A stretch of 64,000 bases of DNA from a bacterium (GTDB lineage Bacteria > Zixibacteria > MSB-5A5 > GN15 > FEB-12). The DNA is taken from assembly GCA_043811375.1 (NCBI GenBank), contig JBDRNJ010000009.1, positions 49,382 to 113,381 on the forward strand. Reading direction: 5' to 3'. The notes beneath the pieces were generated by a model. The model did no database searches and had not been told where the DNA came from. It worked only from the letters and a program-made list of their open reading frames with translations. Numbering within the stretch: position 1 is the stretch's first letter; the number at the start of each line of letters is the position of its first letter. This document shows positions 19,168 to 27,784 of the stretch, piece by piece. Position numbers and translations under genes: made by a program.

Positions 19168-20031
19168 ATGTGTCGTGTTATTTCTCTCTTGACCTTAGTT
19201 ACAGTTCTTGCTACCCAGATATCTTCAGATAACATTGATAGCTTACGGTTGCTGGCCGACAGCGGCGATGCACACGCTCAAACGGAATTGGCTCTATGTT
19301 TCTTCCGTGCTGTTGAAGTTGAGCAGAGTATTGACTCCGGCTTGATCTGGCTTCGGAGAGCCGTTGTCCAGAATCACTCTACTGCACAGGCAATCCTGGG
19401 CGGGTCGTACATAAAGGGGGAGAGAGTTCCCCTGGATACTATTGAGGGCATCCGGTTAATTAGACTCTCTGCTGAGCAAGGTGATAGTATTGGTCTCTAC
19501 AACCTTGCCACTGCCTACATGAGGGGTGACGGTGTTGCTCAGGATAGTTCTGAGGCTTTGAAATGGGTACGCAAGTCAGCTGAGAAAGGCCATGCACCAG
19601 CTCAGTATCAACTCGCTACGTTTTATGAGAGTGGTGCGTTTGTAAAGACAGACAAGAAGAAAGCTTTCAAATGGTTCTTAGCAGCTGCCAATGGCGGCGA
19701 TCCCGTCGCACAGTACGAAGTTGGCTTCATGTATTGGCAAGGAAATGGCGTCAAGAAGAATGGCAAGAAGGCTGCTCGCTGGTTGGAGGCAGCAGCGCTG
19801 AACGGTGAACGAGATGCGATGCTTTGGCTTGGCCTTGCTCAGTTCAGGGGCAAGGACATGAAACAAAACAAAGTAAGCGGGCTCCGCTGGTTGATGCTTG
19901 CAGAAGCCGCCGGTCATCCGGATGCAAGTGAATGGTTGCAGAAATCGATCAACATCGCAGACCGGAAAACAATCATCAAAGCGGAAGACCTTGCGTACGA
20001 GACGCGCATCTCACGGGAAACACAGGAATAA
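19168..20031 (+). CDS. Exported Sel1-repeat protein
   Basis: Signal peptide and repeats such as SAEQGDSIGLYNLA...G.GV.QD..EALKW. Confidence 0.9.
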   Translation: MCRVISLLTLVTVLATQISSDNIDSLRLLADSGDAHAQTELALCFFRAVEVEQSIDSGLIWLRRAVVQNHSTAQAILGGSYIKGERVPLDTIEGIRLIRLSAEQGDSIGLYNLATAYMRGDGVAQDSSEALKWVRKSAEKGHAPAQYQLATFYESGAFVKTDKKKAFKWFLAAANGGDPVAQYEVGFMYWQGNGVKKNGKKAARWLEAAALNGERDAMLWLGLAQFRGKDMKQNKVSGLRWLMLAEAAGHPDASEWLQKSINIADRKTIIKAEDLAYETRISRETQE

Positions 20032-20088
20032 CTCCCTCAGGCTTTTCTTACGCCTGGTTGCTCATCGCCCTTCGTGATTAATTATAAG

Positions 20089-20182
20089 CGGAAGGGGTGG
20101 GAATCGAACCCACCGGGGACAATACAATTGCCCCCCGCACGGCTTTGAAGGCCGGGACCGCCACCAGACGGCATCCGCTTCC
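20089..20182 (-). tRNA. selC: tRNA-Sec (UCA anticodon), 7/5 bulged variant; CCA not encoded
   Basis: GGAAGCGG 5' end, 6-bp D-stem with TGGT loop, CTTCAAA anticodon loop, long variable arm, GTGGG-TTCGATT-CCCAC T-arm, G73 discriminator. Confidence 0.95.
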
Positions 20183-20232
20183 GATTGAATATACGAATCT
20201 GCCGGCCGGCCGGCAATACCGTTCAGTAACCC

Positions 20233-20255
20233 GGCAGGTCTCTACGAGACCTGCC
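20233..20255. repeat. REP-like palindrome GGCAGGTCTC-TAC-GAGACCTGCC
   Basis: Perfect 10-bp inverted repeat; related GGCAGGT/ACCTGCC arms at 16521-16539 and 63566-63596. Confidence 0.6.
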
Positions 20256-20397
20256 CAAAAGCTTCTTCCGGGAGCCCATAGTGGGTGTGTGTAAAAAATG
20301 AACAGGCACTCAGATCGGCCCGACCGTAAAATCCCCGTCTCCCCGACCGATACAGTGAGAAACAAACGACTACGAATGGACTGGGAATACCGCAGTT

Positions 20398-21480
20398 ATG
20401 GCGAAAATAGATCAGTTACTGCAGATCGTCAAAGATGCCCGCGCCACTGACCTGCACCTGGCAGCGGGGAGTGTGCCGATTGTCCGGGTCAACGGGCAGC
20501 TTGAAAAGACACGCCACAAAAAACTCACCGCCGACAATATCAGGCAGTTGCTCTACGAAATCCTGACCGATGATCAAATCAGGCAATTCGAGACAGAGGG
20601 TGATCTGGATGCCGCCTATGGGGTAACCGGAATCGCGCGGTTTCGCATAAATCTCTACAGGATGCAGGGTGGCATCGGCGCTGCTTTACGTCTCATTCCG
20701 GATGAGTTTGCTGATCTGAATACTCTGGGGTTTTCCATAGCTGTTTCAAAAATGGCCGGGAGCAAATCCGGTCTGGTGCTGGTAACCGGACCGACCAACT
20801 CCGGTAAAACCACCACTCTGGCCTCGATGGTCGACTATATCAATACCAACTTCGCCCGGCACATAATTACACTTGAAGATCCCATCGAATATGTTCATGT
20901 CGGCAAGAACTCTCTGATATCCCAGAGACAGATCGGTCTTCACGCCCAATCATTTGCCACAGGTCTTCGGGCCGCCCTGCGTGAGGACCCGGATGTCATC
21001 ATGGTCGGTGAGCTGCGAGACACCGAGACTATTTCCCTAGCCATCACCGCTGCTGAGGCCGGCCTGCTTGTGCTGGGGACACTGCATACCTGCACGGCGG
21101 CGGCTACGGTTGATCGGATTATCGATGTTTTCCCACCGATGCAACAGCAGCAGATCAGGATAATGCTGGCCGACACACTGACCGGAGTTGTATCTCAGCA
21201 GTTGTTGCGGCGTGCCGACGGAAGCGGCCGCATCGTAGCCTATGAGCTTCTGGTACACACGCCGGCGGTTGCCAACCTTATCCGGGAAGCTCGAACACAT
21301 CAGTTGCCGACTGTTATTGAGTCGGGCAGGAAGAAGGGCATGCGCCTGCTGGATAATCACCTTAAGGCACTGGTAGATTCCGGCGCCGTCAGTGCCGGCG
21401 AGGCGGCCAAGTTTGCCAATGATCCGAAACACTTTTGCGAGATGACATCATCTGAGGAACTTCAACTGGTGGGAGCATAA
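20398..21480 (+). CDS. pilT: Type IV pilus retraction ATPase PilT family
   Basis: GPTNSGKTT, ITLEDPIEY, ALREDPDVIMVGELRD, GTLHT and AVANLIRE. Confidence 0.92.
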   Translation: MAKIDQLLQIVKDARATDLHLAAGSVPIVRVNGQLEKTRHKKLTADNIRQLLYEILTDDQIRQFETEGDLDAAYGVTGIARFRINLYRMQGGIGAALRLIPDEFADLNTLGFSIAVSKMAGSKSGLVLVTGPTNSGKTTTLASMVDYINTNFARHIITLEDPIEYVHVGKNSLISQRQIGLHAQSFATGLRAALREDPDVIMVGELRDTETISLAITAAEAGLLVLGTLHTCTAAATVDRIIDVFPPMQQQQIRIMLADTLTGVVSQQLLRRADGSGRIVAYELLVHTPAVANLIREARTHQLPTVIESGRKKGMRLLDNHLKALVDSGAVSAGEAAKFANDPKHFCEMTSSEELQLVGA

Positions 21481-23600
21481 TGGGACAACTCACAGAGAGA
21501 TTCCGCCTCGATGAAATCCTGGTCCGGGATGGCCTGGTCAAAGAGGAACACGTCAGGGACGCATTAATGCGTCAGAAGGCGCACGGCGGCAAATTCGGTT
21601 CGCAGCTCCTGTACAACCGTTATATTGACGAAGCCGGTCTGGTGACGGCTCTGGCCACACAAATGGGCTGCGAAGGCGTGGTGCTGGCCAAACTCGATAT
21701 CCCCGAACCAATCTTCAAATTGATCCCCTCGAAAGTGGCTATCGCCCGTAAAGTGATTCCCTTCGACTATGATCCGGAGGATAATATCCTCAAGATTGCC
21801 TGTGAAAATCCTACCGACAAAAAGCTGATCGACGAACTCAATTTCGTGGCCCGCGGCAAAACCGTCAAACTGTATGTTGCCGCCGAACTAGCCCTGAATA
21901 CTTCGATCGCCAGACATTACCTGGGTCGCAACACCTCCCTGGACGACAACCTCCTCCTGGATATACCCGACGAGACCACTGAAGTCAGTCAATCGCCGGC
22001 AACTGTTGATTCCGCCCCGACTGAGGATCATCGCAGTGCCGTCATGCTGGTAACCGACGAAGAATACTGCGGACCCCTGTTGCAGTCGATCCTGGAGCGT
22101 GACAATTACCGGGTTATGCTGACTGACTCGGCTGATGACGCCATCGAGGTTCTGAATGAACAACAATTTAATTCCGTTTTCATCAAGGACACTGTTCCCG
22201 GCGATTATATCGACCTGATCGATCGTTTGCGTAAAACGTCACCATCGACGTCCGTGCGTTACTACGAGTCGGCTTCGGAGCTTCTGCTGAACATTGCAGG
22301 TAGTGATACTGAGGGTGACCTGTTGTTGAAAAGTCTGAGCCTGTTCACATCTCTACTGTCGTCCCGAGCCGGGTTGCCGGTCAATCACGGCGGCCGCGTG
22401 GGCCAGTACGTCGACAGATTGTGTCGCCGGATCGGACTTCCGAACAAGGAACGTTTCATGGTTTGCAGCGCCGCTTACCTGCATAATCTGGCCGGTTTCT
22501 ACTATCAAACGGAAGCGTCGAACGATCCTCGGGCGGTCATTAAGCTCACTGTAAAGGTCCTGCAGTCGCTGGATTACTCACCGGTTGTAGTTGAGATGTT
22601 GCGATGCATGTACAAAGACCTGGGCGGAAAGTATAATCGACGCCTGCCCATTGAAGTCCTCGGTGGAAACATTCTGACCATTGTTGATCTCTTCTGCGAC
22701 AATGTCTCGACCTCAGACCGGCTGTCTCTGGACAAGTTCGATGCCATCAAGAAGAAACTCTATGACCTGAGAGGTAAGCTCTTTTTACACGAGGTTGTGG
22801 AAGCATTCATATCCATGATGCAGGAACAGATGCTGCATCAACCGGAACCGGGAATGGCGCGACAGGTGATGATCTATGTTAGCCGGCCTGAAGCGTTGTG
22901 TGCTTTGGATCTGCGTCTCAGAAACGAAGGTTTTCGCACGGTTTGCGAGCATTCGCTGGATTCCTTTATCGCCCTGTTTCAGCGCAGCCAGCCGGATATG
23001 GTCATTCTTATCCTGCCGGGCGATGCCGCCGACGTAACGGCTGTCGTAAATGACATCCAACAGCGCGGAGTGGATTTGCGACACATCCCCTCGTTCCTGC
23101 TTGTCAGCAGTTCGATAAACTCAGTGTTGACACCGCTGATTGAAGCCGGTATCGAAGACGTGATCCCTGCGGAGGGACAACTTGATCTGTTGATCAGCAA
23201 GCTCAAGAGGATCGCCGTCAGGGACCAGTCACCCGCCGCGGAAAACGCCTATATCACCGGCTCCAGGGGACGGTTGTCGGACATGAACCTTATAGACCTC
23301 CTGCAAGCCCTCGGACCCAGCTGTAAAACAGTAAAACTCACTATCTCCCCGGCTGACTCTCCGACCGACAAGCTCACTATCTACCTCCGGCAGGGTCAGG
23401 TATCATCTGCTCTATACCGGGATAAAACCGGCCCGGATGCAATATATGACGGCATAGCCTGGACCGAGGGAACCTGGACAGTGAAACCGGTAACAGAGAA
23501 TAACCTGCCCGAGCCGAACAACGATCTCCCCAACGAGTCAATTCTGATGGAGGGCTGCCGTGTTCTGGACGAGAGCACCCGGAGGGGTCAACTCACCTGA
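21480..23600 (+). CDS. MshEN/GspE-N + pseudo-receiver + degenerate HD-GYP + DUF4388 multidomain protein
   Basis: RLDEILVRDGLV...Q...KFGSQLL MshEN-like repeats; REC-like segments; AAYLHNLA (HD to HN); C-terminal GRLSDMNLIDLLQAL...LMEG. TAATG overlap with pilT. Confidence 0.75.
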   Translation: MGQLTERFRLDEILVRDGLVKEEHVRDALMRQKAHGGKFGSQLLYNRYIDEAGLVTALATQMGCEGVVLAKLDIPEPIFKLIPSKVAIARKVIPFDYDPEDNILKIACENPTDKKLIDELNFVARGKTVKLYVAAELALNTSIARHYLGRNTSLDDNLLLDIPDETTEVSQSPATVDSAPTEDHRSAVMLVTDEEYCGPLLQSILERDNYRVMLTDSADDAIEVLNEQQFNSVFIKDTVPGDYIDLIDRLRKTSPSTSVRYYESASELLLNIAGSDTEGDLLLKSLSLFTSLLSSRAGLPVNHGGRVGQYVDRLCRRIGLPNKERFMVCSAAYLHNLAGFYYQTEASNDPRAVIKLTVKVLQSLDYSPVVVEMLRCMYKDLGGKYNRRLPIEVLGGNILTIVDLFCDNVSTSDRLSLDKFDAIKKKLYDLRGKLFLHEVVEAFISMMQEQMLHQPEPGMARQVMIYVSRPEALCALDLRLRNEGFRTVCEHSLDSFIALFQRSQPDMVILILPGDAADVTAVVNDIQQRGVDLRHIPSFLLVSSSINSVLTPLIEAGIEDVIPAEGQLDLLISKLKRIAVRDQSPAAENAYITGSRGRLSDMNLIDLLQALGPSCKTVKLTISPADSPTDKLTIYLRQGQVSSALYRDKTGPDAIYDGIAWTEGTWTVKPVTENNLPEPNNDLPNESILMEGCRVLDESTRRGQLT

Positions 23601-23626
23601 GCGGCGTCTCCCGACAGTCTGAATAA

Positions 23627-24664
23627 TCAGTTTCCAGCGACACGATTCATAGAGATAATCTTGGCCCGTTGGCGTCGACGCGTATCTTTCGGAATCTTGT
23701 CGCTATATTGTCGCCAGTCCGCAAGGACTCTGTCGGTTTCCGCCCAGTCGGAAAACCTCCGACAACAACGATAGCGGAAGTAATCGCACTCCACGAGGTT
23801 GAAGTAGTTGCCCGGTTCTATGGCAATCAGTTCCCGAAGTTGTTGAAACGTCTGCAGGGCCAGGCGATACTCCTTTTTCCGGTAGTGAGCACGCGCCATC
23901 GGCCAGAGAAAGGCCTTGCCGTGAGGATGTTTTTGATGCATCAGGCGACAGTGATAAATAACCGAATCATACTGCCTGCCGTCGAGCCATATCCAGATCA
24001 AGGCATTACGGGCAGGCTCTTTCGAGATCAACGACGAATCGGCCGCCAGGCGCAATTGCCTGATACCCTTGTCTTTATCATTATGAACGATCTGCAGAAA
24101 ACTCAGGAATCCCGCCTTGGCCGATTTCCAGTAATGATAAAGACCAAGACCGAAGTAGAGATCATAAAGCGAACTGTCACAGTCCAGACCTCGCTCATAC
24201 TCAGCTTTGGCCCGATGACCGGTCCTGATGGCAGCCAGCAATGAACCAAAATGCGACTGCCACAACGACCGATACGCGTAACAATGACCGATCAGTAAAC
24301 TCATCCAGGCACACTCGCGGCCGGACGAGACGTCTCGGACAGAGACGGCTTTGGCCAAAGCGGTGTCGATCAATCGATGAAACTGCTGCTGGTGTACATT
24401 CTCTTCGCGATCAAACATCTCTGTAACCAACACCACCGCTCGAAACAGATAGCCGGACGGATCCTCCGGATGCTGTTCGATCATATTTTGGGTTAGCGAA
24501 TCGGCGATCGCGAGATCGTCATTGCACAACGCATATTGAAGGTGGCGGATGTTATCAGTTCGGGAACTGTCGAGACAGCCGTCCGCCCGGGCTGGCCTGC
24601 CACAGACAGCGGTTACCGCAACGACAGCGATCATCGTGAGGACTGATTTCTCAAAACTGAACAA
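23627..24664 (-). CDS. Exported TPR-like protein
   Basis: Signal-like MIAVVAVTAVCG and helical repeats such as DSSLYDLYFGLGLYHYW. Start uncertain (ATG 24634 is possible). Confidence 0.7.
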   Translation of the reverse strand: MFSFEKSVLTMIAVVAVTAVCGRPARADGCLDSSRTDNIRHLQYALCNDDLAIADSLTQNMIEQHPEDPSGYLFRAVVLVTEMFDREENVHQQQFHRLIDTALAKAVSVRDVSSGRECAWMSLLIGHCYAYRSLWQSHFGSLLAAIRTGHRAKAEYERGLDCDSSLYDLYFGLGLYHYWKSAKAGFLSFLQIVHNDKDKGIRQLRLAADSSLISKEPARNALIWIWLDGRQYDSVIYHCRLMHQKHPHGKAFLWPMARAHYRKKEYRLALQTFQQLRELIAIEPGNYFNLVECDYFRYRCCRRFSDWAETDRVLADWRQYSDKIPKDTRRRQRAKIISMNRVAGN

Positions 24665-24840
24665 TACCTTCCGCCTTCAACTCAACCGTGGCTGTCGAGA
24701 TGTGTGGACTGCGCACACCCGCGACTGAGCCGCCGGGTAATTCGAAAGATAGCTCCTCCCTGGTGGGCAACAAGATATAACTGCCAACTGATGGAAGCGG
24801 GTCAGAACCGATGACCGCGAAGGGTATCAGGTACATTCAG
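24657..24840 (+). ncRNA. Candidate 6S-like structured RNA (strand tentative)
   Basis: Nested long-range pairing: 24687-24697 with 24809-24819 (10/11 pairs on +), 24717-24722 with 24797-24802, and GCCGCCGGG with CCCTGGTGGGC. About 185 nt; the 3' side GCGGGTCAGAAC resembles 6S RNAs. Confidence 0.5.
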
Positions 24841-24917
24841 GTGGGTTTGCTGTGGACACCGTATTAGAACGACGCCGTCCGGCAGCGGATCATGAAAGTA
24901 TACTTAGATGGTCCCGC

Positions 24918-25190
24918 TCAGGGACACTCGTGGCCCTCACCGACAGCCTGCTGACCATCGACTCCATCCAGTTTTGAGCGAATCTGTGCCTTAAGACTGT
25001 CCAGGCTGTCGGTCGGATGGCAGCTAGCCAATCCACGATCGATGAAATCCTGGATAGCGTTTTCTATCCGATACAGTTCAAAACAATGACGGCAGTGCTC
25101 CAAATGCTGCTTGATTTCCTTCTCGTCGATTTCAGAAACTTCTCTGTCAATCATCTCATACAGATGAATCATTACTTCCTGACAGTTCAT
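24918..25190 (-). CDS. Soluble zinc-binding anti-sigma factor (ZAS, RsrA/RshA-like)
   Basis: MNCQEV...HLEHCRHC (HxxxCxxC); ATGA overlap with the sigma gene; no TM. Confidence 0.88.
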   Translation of the reverse strand: MNCQEVMIHLYEMIDREVSEIDEKEIKQHLEHCRHCFELYRIENAIQDFIDRGLASCHPTDSLDSLKAQIRSKLDGVDGQQAVGEGHECP

Positions 25191-25774
25191 TTTGTGTTAT
25201 CCTTGATATATCCGTTAGAAACAGCGTAATCGAACAAAGCCTTCTGAAGAAGTTTCCGTCCCCGATGCAACCGCGACTTGACCGTGCCTAACTGCAGGTC
25301 CGTAATATCGGCTATCTCCTGGTAGGAAAACTCCTCAATAAAAGACAGAACAACGACCACACGAAAGTCCTCCGGCAGGTCTTCAATAGCCCGCTTGACA
25401 TCGTCGTCGAGTATCCGGGAGAATAGTTGTTGCTCGGGGTTGGGCACACTCTTTCCGGTGGCAAGCTGGCCGTACAGAAAATTGTCGTCCAACTCATCAA
25501 CGTTTACCACCATGGGTGAGCGCGACTTGGATCGGTACTCATTGATGAAGATATTAGTCATGATTTTGAACAACCAGGCTCGACAATTCGAACCCGGCTC
25601 AAACTTATCCCAGAATCGATAGGCTTTTACAAGTGCCTCCTGTACCAAATCTTCAGCATCGCTCTTATTTCGTGTCATCCGCAGGGCACTGCGATAGAGC
25701 GCCTCCATATGGGGCAGAGCTTCAACCTCAAAGCTCTGGCGCCGTCGAGCGGAATCAGCTTTCTGGTCGGCCAT
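25187..25774 (-). CDS. ECF sigma factor (SigH/SigR-like)
   Basis: DAEDLVQEA, AWLFKIMTNIFIN, FSYQEIADI and GTVKSRLHRGR. Confidence 0.92.
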   Translation of the reverse strand: MADQKADSARRRQSFEVEALPHMEALYRSALRMTRNKSDAEDLVQEALVKAYRFWDKFEPGSNCRAWLFKIMTNIFINEYRSKSRSPMVVNVDELDDNFLYGQLATGKSVPNPEQQLFSRILDDDVKRAIEDLPEDFRVVVVLSFIEEFSYQEIADITDLQLGTVKSRLHRGRKLLQKALFDYAVSNGYIKDNTK

Positions 25775-25830
25775 GGCGTTAGTTCCCTGCCCGGCACAAC
25801 CGGCAAAGCGATCTTGTATTTACTTTCCAG

Positions 25831-25856
25831 AACATCTCGAACACTAGTCGGGTTCC
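25831..25856 (-). promoter_or_regulatory. Candidate autoregulatory SigR/SigH-type promoter GGAAC-N18-GTT
   Basis: Read on the minus strand 57-82 nt upstream of the sigma start; matches the SigR/SigH consensus GGAAY-N17/18-GTT. Confidence 0.55.
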
Positions 25857-26065
25857 CGTCCTCCGGACAATCATAAACAATACAATCCTCTGTAATAACC
25901 GGCTTACGTCATACAGACGAACCGGTCTTTTTGAACTAAGAACTACAAGATAGCAACCGGGCAAGAACCCGGCAAGGTCTTTTCAACATCCTCCCTTATA
26001 CCGGGCCATTGCAATCCCGATCCGACCCACCGGCTCAACCTGTTGCCGATCAACCGGATGGCACA

Positions 26066-26099
26066 TAATAAAAGAGCGGAGAGAATCTCTCCGCTCTTT
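26066..26099 (-). terminator. Rho-independent terminator
   Basis: AAAGAGCGGAGAG-N3-CTCTCCGCTCTTT 13-bp stem ending in TTTTATTA on the minus strand. Confidence 0.85.
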
Positions 26100-26119
26100 G
26101 TAGAAATCGTGTTCAGAAA

Positions 26120-26647
26120 CTACACCGGCACGGTCGCTCTTTTACGACGCAACACAAACACTGCCGAGCCCAGCAGCAGCAGGGCCAGCAAGATCATACC
26201 GTAAGTAGTGAGGGAGGGAAGAGTAGTACAAATCACTTTCACAGTCAGAATTGCTTCAGTTCCGGCACCACCAGCGTCTCCGACATCAAATATCCACTCA
26301 CCCATATCAACGTTGCACGTGAAGGTAATCAAGCTATCGTCACCAGCAGGAATAATCAAGTTCGGTTTGAGGCCGTCCGGTGAAGAAGTGTTCACTACAG
26401 TGACATTTCCTGCAGAGTAGTTGGTGATAACAACATTCTCACTCAATCCAGGAGATTTGCGTATGATCACAGTACCAGCTACCTTCCAAGTTGGGTCACC
26501 TGGTGTCTGAATTTTGTACAGGCTGCCATCAAGCTGTACTTTTACACGTTTATCCTTATCGGGGCCTGACGCGTCCTGCGCGTACACCATCACTGCTGTA
26601 AGCATGAATGTCAGCAATATAAAAGATACTACTAATTTCCGAATCAT
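26120..26647 (-). CDS. Secreted protein with IPTL-CTERM-type C-terminal sorting signal
   Basis: Signal peptide MIRKLVVSFILL...VYA; C-terminal LPSLTTYGMILLALLLLGSAVFVLRRKR (motif, TM helix, basic tail); GGAGGAG RBS before ATG 26647. Confidence 0.8.
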   Translation of the reverse strand: MIRKLVVSFILLTFMLTAVMVYAQDASGPDKDKRVKVQLDGSLYKIQTPGDPTWKVAGTVIIRKSPGLSENVVITNYSAGNVTVVNTSSPDGLKPNLIIPAGDDSLITFTCNVDMGEWIFDVGDAGGAGTEAILTVKVICTTLPSLTTYGMILLALLLLGSAVFVLRRKRATVPV

Positions 26648-26698
26648 GGTCTCCTCCATGTTAGCATTATTTTGTTATTGTGAATAATCGGGCCTTTT

Positions 26699-27502
26699 TC
26701 AGGCCAGGGAGTATACACGTGGCGGACCGCGAATCTCCGACACCAGGTAGAACTTATCGGCGAAAAGCCTGGTAGTAAAGTGAAGACCCCAGGTTCTTTC
26801 ACCGACGGAATCGCTGAATTTCCGATTCTTCGCTCTACTCCATGCCTTTTCGACGGCTGCTATGATAAGCGTATTACACAGAACAATGATGAACGAGATA
26901 ATCAGAAAACCGAACAGCACCACCAGACCGTGAACAAAATGTCCGCTGAATTCGGCTTCACCAAGCACACTGTGGGCAATGCCCAGTTTGATGATTGCGG
27001 CCTCAAAAGCAACCCATAAGAGAGCCACAAAAATCGGACTAAAGCCCCATCGCCGACGTGTCCAGGTAATGGCGCCACCAAAAGCGGTAAACAGGACCGT
27101 ACCGCCAATCACTCTTCCGATAGCCGGAAGTGGCGACAGCACCAACGTATTAAGTTCTAATATCGACAGATAGAAAAAGCCCAGGAGAAATCCCAGGCGC
27201 ATTGCCTCTGTCACATTTGCCCGACGGACTCTCACCAGGAAGGGAATCAGTGCAAACAGGGATAGATACCACTGACCTGGAAAGAGTTGTGAGATCAGTA
27301 ACAGGAATGCGGATATGCCGGCAAAGAGCAGGCTTTCAGCCCATAGCAGATTTGCCGATGAACCCTCGCCCTGACTTATCAATGGTCGGTCAGTTGACGA
27401 CTGTCCAGCCGTCCGTGAACAATCGCTGCGTGTGGTACGTTTATTGATATCAACTGCGAGACAAACTCTGTCCGTCCTGGTGAAATCTCCCACTTGTCTC
27501 AA
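26699..27502 (-). CDS. Lnt N-terminal-like membrane protein without nitrilase domain, ending in RGPP
   Basis: About six TM helices with Lnt-like words (WYLSLFALIPFL, AMRLGFLLG, ALLWVAFE, FGFLIISFIIVLCNTLI), then a ~40-aa polar spacer and EIRGPP 6 residues before the stop. Start uncertain. Confidence 0.7.
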   Translation of the reverse strand: MRQVGDFTRTDRVCLAVDINKRTTRSDCSRTAGQSSTDRPLISQGEGSSANLLWAESLLFAGISAFLLLISQLFPGQWYLSLFALIPFLVRVRRANVTEAMRLGFLLGFFYLSILELNTLVLSPLPAIGRVIGGTVLFTAFGGAITWTRRRWGFSPIFVALLWVAFEAAIIKLGIAHSVLGEAEFSGHFVHGLVVLFGFLIISFIIVLCNTLIIAAVEKAWSRAKNRKFSDSVGERTWGLHFTTRLFADKFYLVSEIRGPPRVYSLA

Positions 27503-27642
27503 TACAGCCAGAAACGGCTGAATCCTCCATGTATGTCCACAATCGAACCCACTCTCATACCAACCCTATAACCGTCAGCAACACAGGCCTTGCATAATGG
27601 CTTCGTCTGGTAAGAGCCTGGTATTCTTTAATGTACTTATAT

Positions 27643-27671
27643 AATATAGCACCATTGATCTCTGTTGTCAA
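27643..27671 (-). promoter_or_regulatory. Sigma70-type promoter TTGACA-N17-TATATT
   Basis: Near-consensus motif in an AT-rich intergenic region, pointing into the Lnt-like gene. Confidence 0.75.
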
Positions 27672-27784
27672 ATAATATCTTGTCCTGATCACATTAAAAT
27701 ACTGCTGCTATTGTCAGGCACTAACCGGCCCTGAAGCACTCCGTGCGAATGAGAAAAATGAATACCGGTCGTTTGAGATGTCAA

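Noticed and set aside
20078..20365. Short ORFs on both strands over 20078-20365
   Set aside because: They overlap the tRNA-Sec gene and a REP-like palindrome.
24651..24836. 61-aa minus-strand ORF
   Set aside because: No RBS or protein features; the region is better explained as a structured RNA.
27535..27560. GTGGGTTCGATT T-loop-like word on the minus strand in the leader of the Lnt-like gene
   Set aside because: No complementary T-stem 3' strand or cloverleaf; too short to call a tRNA fragment or att site.
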